This document shows positions 18,144-25,338 of a stretch of 51,462 nt of DNA, one piece after another. The stretch is from Gemmatimonadaceae bacterium. GTDB taxonomy: Bacteria > Gemmatimonadota > Gemmatimonadetes > Gemmatimonadales > Gemmatimonadaceae. The DNA lies in the NCBI GenBank assembly GCA_025450815.1, contig JANWLO010000014.1, positions 1-51,462 of the forward strand, read 5' to 3'. A program made the position numbers and the translations under genes. Below the pieces are notes generated by a model. That model was not told the DNA's origin, searched no databases, and worked only from the letters and a program-made list of their open reading frames with translations. Position 1 is the stretch's first letter. Each line of letters begins with the position of its first letter.

Positions 18144-19227
18144 GAAGCGGCTCGTAGAGTGCGCGCGTCTGCAGCACCAGGCTCTCGTACTCGTCGACGA
18201 GCGCGGGTGGCGACACCGGCGCCGCCTCGCCCGCGAGTACGAGCAGCCAGCGAGCGAAGCTGCCGGTGCGACGCACGTTGAAGCGTCGAAGCGTTGGGGA
18301 CGCCGCGTCAGCGCGTCCGAGCGCCGCCGCGGCGATCGCGGCGCCGGTTTGTCCGCTGAACTCGATCACCGCCTCGTACGCATCGCCGTCGCCGATCTCC
18401 CAGGCCTGCCGCGACCGCGCGTGCTCGCTCAGCGAGAAATCCGGCGGAATGATGTAGTCGCTCTTGGCGGACTTGCCGGTGCGTACTCCGGCGATGCGGC
18501 TCACGCGAAAGTTGCGGAGCGCGTCCTTCGTGGTGTCGCGCGCAACGAGGTACCAATGTCCGCTGAGAAAAAAGAGCCCGTAAGGCTCCGCCGTGCGCGC
18601 GCTCGCCTTTTCAGCGCCCATGCCGTGGTAGCGGAAGGTGACGCGCTTGCGGTGGAAGAGCGCGTCGCCGAGCGTGGCGAGGACCTGCGGGTCGGCGCGA
18701 TGCGTGGGCGGAACTAGCATCGCGTCGGCGGTTCCGTCGGTGGCGCCGAGCGGAAGATCGAAGGCGAGCTTGTGGAGCGCGCTGCGGACGTCGGCGGCAA
18801 GCGTGGGATCGCCGGCCTGCGCGACGCGCTTCGCGCCTTCGACGATGGCCTCGAGCTCGTCGGGCTCGAAGGCGAGCGTCTGCAGCGAGTGGTATCCGTA
18901 CTTGTCGACCTTGAGCGGATTGCTCGTGCCGCGAGCGGAGACGACGCCGAGGTAGGGGAGGTAGAAGTCCCTGGTGCGGAGCTGATATGCGGACTCCTCG
19001 CTCCCTTCCTCGCCAACGGTGAGGATCGGCACACCCTGTTCGAGCAACTCGGCCTTGTCGCGCTCGAACATGCGCTTGAGTGTGGCCGAGGGTTGACCGT
19101 CGGTGACGCTGCCGTCGGCGAGATAGGCGGGAATGTCCTTCGCGAGCTCCTTGAACGTCACCGGCATGCGGTGCGCGAGCAGTGCGGCGAGGAGATCGAT
19201 CCAGCGTTGAAGCTTCGGATTGGACAT
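18136..19227 (-). CDS. WYL-domain transcriptional regulator (YafY family, PafB-like)
   Basis: N-terminal wHTH (RWIDLLAALLAHRMPVTFKELAKDI). WYL block RVTFRYHGMGAEKASARTAEPYGLFFLSGHWYLVARDTTKDALRNFRVSRI. C-terminal extension. 363 aa. Confidence 0.8.
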   Translation of the reverse strand: MSNPKLQRWIDLLAALLAHRMPVTFKELAKDIPAYLADGSVTDGQPSATLKRMFERDKAELLEQGVPILTVGEEGSEESAYQLRTRDFYLPYLGVVSARGTSNPLKVDKYGYHSLQTLAFEPDELEAIVEGAKRVAQAGDPTLAADVRSALHKLAFDLPLGATDGTADAMLVPPTHRADPQVLATLGDALFHRKRVTFRYHGMGAEKASARTAEPYGLFFLSGHWYLVARDTTKDALRNFRVSRIAGVRTGKSAKSDYIIPPDFSLSEHARSRQAWEIGDGDAYEAVIEFSGQTGAAIAAAALGRADAASPTLRRFNVRRTGSFARWLLVLAGEAAPVSPPALVDEYESLVLQTRALYEPLHG

Positions 19228-19492
19228 GTCGGAGACGAAGATGATGGCGGGTAAGGGATGTCGATAGGCGCGCGATGAGGGCCACGATTGTGGAGGCGCG
19301 TCTGGATGAGGCGCCGTCCACGGGCGGAGGATAGGGAGGGGCTCTGACAGGGGCGGAGGTGGCGCTCATTGGCGAAGCGATCGGACGATTCGCCGGGAGT
19401 CGAACCGATGAGACGGAGCTGCCGCGAAGGGTCCACAGTAGGGCGCCGAGCGCGGGGCAATTCGTCTCTGCGTGGACGTTGCCACGGTCCGA

Positions 19493-19521
19493 TTGACTCC
19501 TGATAGCAAAACTGCTAACTT
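19493..19521 (+). promoter_or_regulatory. Putative sigma70-type promoter of the toxin-antitoxin pair
   Basis: TTGACT (19493-19498), a 17-nt spacer, then TAACTT (19516-19521), ending 10 nt before the GTG at 19532. This would give a near-leaderless transcript. Confidence 0.35.
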
Positions 19522-19531
19522 CCCAGTTGCC

Positions 19532-19900
19532 GTGAAAAAACCCTTGTACTGGATTGGGGGCAGCAAGAAGGGATTGAACGCTAGCCCCGAAGATGTGAAG
19601 GACGTATTTGGATCGGCGCTTCTCGATGTGCAGTACGGCGACACACCGGTGGGTGCGCGGCCGTTTGGAGAGGGCCTGCCACGCGAGATCTGGAAACTTG
19701 TTGATGATTTCGATGGAAACTCGTACCGCGCCGCTTATACTGTCGCGTTTCGAGAGGTCGTGTACGTACTCGACGTGTTCGTGAAAAAGTCGAAGGCTGG
19801 AATCTCTACTCCGCGGGTCGACAAGGAGCGTATTCGAAAGCGCTTCCGCGCCGCCGAACAGCACTTCCACGACAACTACCGAATAACCGGGGTGAAATGA
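19532..19900 (+). CDS. Type II toxin, RelE/ParE superfamily (phage Gp49 / HigB-like, DUF891)
   Basis: VKKPLYWIGGSKKGLNASPEDVKDVFGSAL...FDGNSYRAAYTVAFREVVYVLDVFVKKSKAGISTP matches the Gp49-like toxin family pattern as I recall it. Start placed at the GTG at 19532, not the track start at 19472. There is an ATGA overlap with the next gene. Confidence 0.8.
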   Translation: MKKPLYWIGGSKKGLNASPEDVKDVFGSALLDVQYGDTPVGARPFGEGLPREIWKLVDDFDGNSYRAAYTVAFREVVYVLDVFVKKSKAGISTPRVDKERIRKRFRAAEQHFHDNYRITGVK

Positions 19901-20265
19901 TGCCGGCCAACGCCAAGCGCGAGACGACCAAGCGGAAGATCGAAGTGGAAGCAAGTAGTGGGAATATCTTCGAAGACCTTGGGTTGCCGGATGCCGCCGA
20001 ACGACTGGCGAAGGCCGAAATGGCGCGGGCGCTCCGAAAGATCATCATCAATAAGCAGTGGACTCAGCGCCGTGCGGCGGAGGCCCTCCACATTGCCTCT
20101 TCCGATGTCTCTGACCTCATGCGTGGCAAGCTCGCGCGATTCAGTCGCGAGCGCCTGGAGAGATTCCTCACGGCGTTGGGGATGGACGTCCACATCCGCG
20201 TCGGACCGCGCCGCCCGGGAAAGAAGCGCGCGAGCGTGACCGTCGAGTTTTTGGGTGGGCTCTAG
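19897..20265 (+). CDS. XRE-family HTH antitoxin (HigA-like, HTH_37 type)
   Basis: SSGNIFEDLGLPDAAERLAKAEMA...WTQRRAAEALHIASSDVSDLMRGKLARFSRERLERFLTALGMDV is the typical partner of Gp49-like toxins. Confidence 0.8.
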   Translation: MMPANAKRETTKRKIEVEASSGNIFEDLGLPDAAERLAKAEMARALRKIIINKQWTQRRAAEALHIASSDVSDLMRGKLARFSRERLERFLTALGMDVHIRVGPRRPGKKRASVTVEFLGGL

Positions 20266-20330
20266 CGACCGCGCCGATGCGTAAGTCTCCCGAGCCGACG
20301 AATCGAACGAGCAATCGCGCGCCGGAGCAC

Positions 20331-21074
20331 ATGAGTGACATGCATCTAAGAGACATCCGCTGGATCTTCCCGCTGTTGTGCGTACTCGCCTGTCATCCCA
20401 TTCAAGCCGCACCTCAACCGGGAGCGATCACCGCTGAGTCGCCAAGCGTGACCGACTCGAGCCATGCCGACTGCGACTCGGTGATCGCGTTGTATACCAC
20501 GGTCCTCGCTCGCGGTGCGGTCGACTCGGAGCTTGTGTCAGCGGAGACGCGACTACGCAAGCGCGTCGACTCGCTAGGCGAGCGTCGACCGGAGAACACC
20601 GTGCTCGCGTACGAACTGCCCGGCGGCCGCATCGTGCTGCAGCGAGACTCGTCCGATTTACCCGATAGCGCCGAAGTGAGCTACGCAATTCTAAGGGACA
20701 CCACCGGCCGAGTCCTTCGCGTGTCGGCGAGTCCGTTGAGCGAGTCCGGAGATTGGCTCGTCACCGAGACTCACTATTTCGATTTCGCAGGCTCCACCAT
20801 CACCATGGAACACTACGCGGGATTCTTCGACGGCTGCTCGAGCGAACAGACGGATTCGATTATCGGGATCAAGGAAACGGCGACGTCGTATTTCGATCCG
20901 AAGCACCGGCTCATTCGAAGGTCATTCGTGCGAACAACCTTCGATGACAGCACGCCCGCGCCGGTAAAAAATTGCAATCAGCTCTTCCAGGATTTCTATC
21001 GGATCTACCCGTCGTGGGACTCACTCTCGACCGCTACGGGACTCGGGAACGTCGTCCGTCCAACTCACGACTGA
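20331..21074 (+). CDS. Hypothetical secreted protein
   Basis: Signal-like N-terminus MSDMHLRDIRWIFPLLCVLACHPIQAAP. No recognisable domain. Confidence 0.5.
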   Translation: MSDMHLRDIRWIFPLLCVLACHPIQAAPQPGAITAESPSVTDSSHADCDSVIALYTTVLARGAVDSELVSAETRLRKRVDSLGERRPENTVLAYELPGGRIVLQRDSSDLPDSAEVSYAILRDTTGRVLRVSASPLSESGDWLVTETHYFDFAGSTITMEHYAGFFDGCSSEQTDSIIGIKETATSYFDPKHRLIRRSFVRTTFDDSTPAPVKNCNQLFQDFYRIYPSWDSLSTATGLGNVVRPTHD

Positions 21075-21204
21075 GTCTGCATACAAACGTCAGCGTTGGC
21101 GACAGGCTTGATGCGAGATGGCAGCGACGGTCCGGCATATGCACGCCGTTTCCGTATGCGCTCGAGCTCGAGCGCAGCAATCTCCCAATCAGCTACGGTG
21201 CATA

Positions 21205-21963
21205 ATGATCGCCACCCGTCCCCTGTCGTCCCTCACCGCGCGCACGCTGCTGTTGACCGCAGCGGCCGTCGCAGTTGGCTGTTCCAAAACCGACAAGTCC
21301 GCCTCGTCAGCAACTCCCGATTCGGCGTCGACGACAACCGCGTCGGCCGCCGCACCATCTTCCTCCGGCCCCACAGACATCACCCCCGTTCGCGGCACCG
21401 TCGCAAGCGTCACCGATAGTGTGCTCACCGTCTCGACCGCGAGCGGCGATGTTCGCGTGTCGATCGCAGCACCACTAGACCTGTACTCCAGCGTGCCGGC
21501 CACGCTGTCGAAGGTGAAGGAGAGCTCGTTCGTCGGTGTGACATCAGTAACGCAACCCGACGGCTCGCAGCGCGCCACCGAGATACACATCTTCCCGGAG
21601 AAGCTGCGCGGAACGGGCGAGGGCAGCTATCCGATGACGCAGCGGGGCGCGAGCGCAGGCGGCAGCCACAACACCATGACCAACGGGACCGTGAGCGCCT
21701 CGCGGATGACCAATGGCACCGCCGCGCCACGCATGACCAACGGCACCATCGGCAAACAGTCTGGCGGAACGCTCACGGTGCAGTACCAGGGCGGAACGCA
21801 GACGATCGCCGTTCCGTCGGACGTGCACGTCACCGAGATCGCAGTCTCTCAGACGAAGCTGACGCCGGGCGCGAAGGTGGTCGTTCTGGCGAAAAAGCAG
21901 GCGGACGGCACGCTCAAGGCATCGGCCGCGATACTCGCGGGCGCGCCGGGCAAGACGGGGTAA
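21205..21963 (+). CDS. Hypothetical lipoprotein with three MTNGT repeats
   Basis: Lipobox LTAAAVAVGC after a basic N-region, then a Ser/Thr/Ala-rich linker. Contains three MTNGT units. Start set at the ATG at 21205. Confidence 0.55.
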   Translation: MIATRPLSSLTARTLLLTAAAVAVGCSKTDKSASSATPDSASTTTASAAAPSSSGPTDITPVRGTVASVTDSVLTVSTASGDVRVSIAAPLDLYSSVPATLSKVKESSFVGVTSVTQPDGSQRATEIHIFPEKLRGTGEGSYPMTQRGASAGGSHNTMTNGTVSASRMTNGTAAPRMTNGTIGKQSGGTLTVQYQGGTQTIAVPSDVHVTEIAVSQTKLTPGAKVVVLAKKQADGTLKASAAILAGAPGKTG

Positions 21964-22123
21964 GCAACATCGCGCTCGCGGTATCGGTCAGGTAACCGCA
22001 TCCACCACAACGTCTTGACGAGCATTGCCATTTCTTTGACGTGCACTGCTTATCGTCACGGGACTATCGAGAATCGCGCCGACCCTTTCTCGCGATCTGG
22101 ATCAACTCCTCGAATCCCGGACC

Positions 22124-22639
22124 ATGCCATCGCTTCAACGGATGATCTCACTTGCGCTGCCAGTGCTACTGCTGGCTGCGTGCGCAAAAAAGGACAAGGC
22201 AATTCCGGAGTCCCAGCAAGCTGCGGCGACGGTCGCGAATGCTCCCGCACCGCAGCGACAAACGCCGGTCGCCTGTGCGATGGTCACTCCGGCAGAAATG
22301 TCGACCATCCTCGGCAGCTCCGTCGTCGCAGAGCCGCACGAAGGCAGTTCCAATCAGACACAATGTATTTACAAAGGCACATCGCCACACAGCCCGTACG
22401 TGGAGTTCACCGTGAATTGGGGCGACGGTGAAGGGGCGATGGAGGCACAGGGAATGTTGGGAAAGCAGCAAGCCGGGCTTACTCACGCCTATCCAGGCGT
22501 CGGTGACCAGGCCTATGCGGTCGGTCCCGAGTTGATGATCCGCAACGGTGATGATCTGGTGACGCTACTCGTTCTCGGCGTCACGGACGCTCCCGCCACG
22601 GTAAAGCGGATATTCGACACCGCAAAGCCGAGGATGTAG
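22124..22639 (+). CDS. Hypothetical lipoprotein
   Basis: Signal peptide plus lipobox MISLALPVLLLAAC. 171 aa with no recognisable domain. A 3-nt gap separates it from the next gene. Confidence 0.55.
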   Translation: MPSLQRMISLALPVLLLAACAKKDKAIPESQQAAATVANAPAPQRQTPVACAMVTPAEMSTILGSSVVAEPHEGSSNQTQCIYKGTSPHSPYVEFTVNWGDGEGAMEAQGMLGKQQAGLTHAYPGVGDQAYAVGPELMIRNGDDLVTLLVLGVTDAPATVKRIFDTAKPRM

Positions 22640-22642
22640 GGC

Positions 22643-23752
22643 GTGCGCGCAATGACAATTGTTGGATCCGCGCTTGTCCCGTGCCTTTGCGTTGTTTCGT
22701 GTTCCCGGCACGATGCAGCGACGCAAGTCACGGCTGCTCCAACCACGACCGGAGCTGCGGTCATCTCGACAGCGCGCATTCCATTCGTCGTCGGATTGAC
22801 CGTCGATCTCGCGGTCGGTGAGCCCGTCGGTGACTATGAATCGCTTCATGTCATCGACTCGATCTCGCCGGAACGCTACCGGATAGTGAGATCGGGAGAA
22901 GTTCCCGACGGCTCGGGTGGCCTGATCGACGTGCAGGTGGTACGCACGGTGCGCACCGAAGATCAGCGCAGCGCGCGCGCGATGCGCCATTACTTCCATA
23001 CAGGAGATCCAGAAGAATTCGCCGGTACGACACCCGGTGTGTCGGCGGCGTTCGTGAACGATCTCCGCCGCACCGGCAAGAGCGAGCTGACCTTCCTCGA
23101 TGTGGGCGAAGTGTTCGGAGTGCCGCAGGTCCGTCGAACGCTGTCGGGGACGCTTGCGCGGGTAGAGCCGCAGCCCGTGCCCGTCCCGGTGCTGGTGAAT
23201 GGTCAGGTCGTGCAGTTACCCGCGATTCACGCGAAAGGAAATCTCTCGGATGGCACGACGACGGAAGATTTCGAGCTGTATGTGCTCGACGATTCCGACA
23301 ATCCCATCGTCCTGCGCAAGCGAGGCCCGGGCTTTTCAGCTTCCGTGGTCAAGATCGAATTTCCCGAGCCGCCAGGCGTGCGCGACTCGATCGAGACGAA
23401 ACTTGCCGCAAAGCAGCCCGTTGACGTGTATGGCGTGTACTTCTCATTCAATCGCGCCAACATCCGTGCGCAGTCAGAGCCTGTGCTGCGGGAGATTGCC
23501 GGCGTCCTGAAAAAGAATCCGAGTTGGCACCTTCGCATCGACGGTCACACCGACAACATCGGCGGTGACGCAGCCAACCTCGACCTGTCCCGCCGGCGCG
23601 CGGCGTCGGTGAAGGACGCACTCGTGCGACGCTTCGGCATCGATGCGAGCCGCTTGACCACCGGCGGTTACGGTGCCTCGAGTCCAAAAGACAGGAACGA
23701 CACGCCCGAAGGCCGGGCGCGCAATCGCCGCGTAGAGCTGAGGCGCGAATGA
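22643..23752 (+). CDS. OmpA-family lipoprotein (unknown N-terminal domain plus C-terminal OmpA-like peptidoglycan-binding domain)
   Basis: Lipobox LCVVSC. C-terminus VYFSFNRANIRAQSEPVLREIAGVLKKNPSWHLRIDGHTDNIGGDAANLDLSRRRAASV...ARNRRVEL. GTG start at 22643, with an ATG three codons later at 22652. Confidence 0.85.
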   Translation: MRAMTIVGSALVPCLCVVSCSRHDAATQVTAAPTTTGAAVISTARIPFVVGLTVDLAVGEPVGDYESLHVIDSISPERYRIVRSGEVPDGSGGLIDVQVVRTVRTEDQRSARAMRHYFHTGDPEEFAGTTPGVSAAFVNDLRRTGKSELTFLDVGEVFGVPQVRRTLSGTLARVEPQPVPVPVLVNGQVVQLPAIHAKGNLSDGTTTEDFELYVLDDSDNPIVLRKRGPGFSASVVKIEFPEPPGVRDSIETKLAAKQPVDVYGVYFSFNRANIRAQSEPVLREIAGVLKKNPSWHLRIDGHTDNIGGDAANLDLSRRRAASVKDALVRRFGIDASRLTTGGYGASSPKDRNDTPEGRARNRRVELRRE

Positions 23753-25329
23753 TCACACACTCTCTGTCACGGACTCGCGCTACAACAGTTGCAGCCGCTG
23801 TAGCCCTGGCGTTGGCCACGGCGTGCGGTGGCGGCAATAAAGAGAATGGCGCCCCCGGTACGGCTGGGAGTGCTCCACGCAACAGCGGCGCCTCAGGTTC
23901 CGCGGAGGTGACTTACCGTCCGAACGTGCGCGTGGTCGAGCAGAGTGAGGGAACGAACGCGTTGGTGAGCGTGAGTACTGACGGCTCGACGCTGGTATTC
24001 GACCATTCGCGTGGAAACATTCCGTCGCTCGCGGTTGGCGATGTCCTCATGATCAAGGGATTGCTCGCGAGGAAAATCATTGCCGAGCAAACTGATGGAA
24101 ATGTGACCGCAGTGCTCACCGTTCCAGCCGGCCTCGGTGAGCTCGTGGCGGACGGGAAGATCCGCCTTCAGGCTCCAATTCGCTTTGGCAAACCGCGAAC
24201 CGCCGCAGCGTTTCCGACCCCGCGCCCGCCATGGGAGATGCTCGCGAACGGTCTCGTCGAGCCATTGTACGCGCAGTCTCCCACCGAAGATCGCCGAAGG
24301 GCCGCCGAGCAGAACGGAGTGAACGATGCGTACGGCAACCTCGCCCGCGCTCCATTCAAGGCCCTGATGAGTGGCTGGGAAACCGAGTTCACCGCCGAAC
24401 CCGCCGACGGCCGTGTGAACCTGCACCTGAAGATGACGAAGTCACTCGGCAACGTCGCCGCGGTCGTGGAAGGGACAGGGTATCTGGCTGACTTCGATTT
24501 TTCGTCGGATATCGATGTTGAACGGAGCACGGTGGAGAAGATGCAGGTCGCGTACAAGAAGCTGAACGGCCTCATGGACTTCACGTGGGTGATACAGACT
24601 ACGGAAGGTGGGGCGCTGCGTGGAAACGCCGCCTTCAAGCTGCCGGCAGCAATCGAGATCCCACTGTATCAGTATCTTGGCGGGTTGCCGCTCTATCTCG
24701 AGATCAGCTCCGCAGTACTCATCAAGCCGGGCATCGGAGCGAGCTACGCTTTCAGCCGTGGTGCATTCCGCGTCACGTACGATGGATATCAGACTTTCAG
24801 TGTGATGAAAGGCGTCGCCGATGCGGACGGAAGTGTTACTGGCGATGTCAAGCTACTCGCATCCGAGAATGGCTCCGCCACGCCGTCGGCGCTCATCCTC
24901 ACGTTCGCTGCTCCCCGAATTGAGCTGAGCATCGGCGTGAGCAAGGTGTTGAAGTTCGAAGGAATCAAGGAAGGGGCCGCACAGGCCGATAAGTACTTCG
25001 ACATTCTTGCCACGAGGGCGTTCGGCGCGGAGGGTCTCGCAAAATTCAAGAGCTCCCCCTTGAGCAAGGTCACGGCGACGAAGATCGTTGACGACGCAAT
25101 GGGAAGCGAGGCGGCCGCCCATCTCGAGCTCATCACCACCAGCGGCACCAGTCACACCGGAAACGCCGTGTTGTCTCCCTGCACGCGCACGGACCTTCAC
25201 ATGTGGGTAAAGGTTGGCGCGTCGGCGAAGGCGTTGGGGGAGTCGGTTGGCAACGTGGAAAAGGAGATCTACAAAAAAGACTTCACCAAAATCGAGCCGC
25301 CGAACGATGCGCTCTGCAAGAATCTCTGA
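23749..25329 (+). CDS. Large hypothetical lipoprotein (526 aa)
   Basis: Lipobox ALALATAC followed by a Gly/Asn/Ser linker. No recognisable domain. ATGA overlap with the OmpA-family gene. Confidence 0.6.
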   Translation: MITHSLSRTRATTVAAAVALALATACGGGNKENGAPGTAGSAPRNSGASGSAEVTYRPNVRVVEQSEGTNALVSVSTDGSTLVFDHSRGNIPSLAVGDVLMIKGLLARKIIAEQTDGNVTAVLTVPAGLGELVADGKIRLQAPIRFGKPRTAAAFPTPRPPWEMLANGLVEPLYAQSPTEDRRRAAEQNGVNDAYGNLARAPFKALMSGWETEFTAEPADGRVNLHLKMTKSLGNVAAVVEGTGYLADFDFSSDIDVERSTVEKMQVAYKKLNGLMDFTWVIQTTEGGALRGNAAFKLPAAIEIPLYQYLGGLPLYLEISSAVLIKPGIGASYAFSRGAFRVTYDGYQTFSVMKGVADADGSVTGDVKLLASENGSATPSALILTFAAPRIELSIGVSKVLKFEGIKEGAAQADKYFDILATRAFGAEGLAKFKSSPLSKVTATKIVDDAMGSEAAAHLELITTSGTSHTGNAVLSPCTRTDLHMWVKVGASAKALGESVGNVEKEIYKKDFTKIEPPNDALCKNL

Positions 25330-25338
25330 GGACAGTCG

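Noticed and set aside
19395-19425. tRNA T-loop-like string on the minus strand (GGTTCGACTCCCGGCGAATCG) next to the TA islet, which could be a relic att site.
   Set aside because: The flanking bases pair at only 3 of 5 T-stem positions. No complementary acceptor 5' strand (CGATTCG) lies upstream, and there is no integrase or matching second copy in the window. Chance occurrence is plausible.
18611-19954. 447-aa minus-strand ORF spanning the PafB-like gene, the intergenic region and the toxin gene.
   Set aside because: It is Arg-rich nonsense in a frame other than that of the motif-bearing WYL protein, and it runs antisense through the recognisable Gp49-like toxin.
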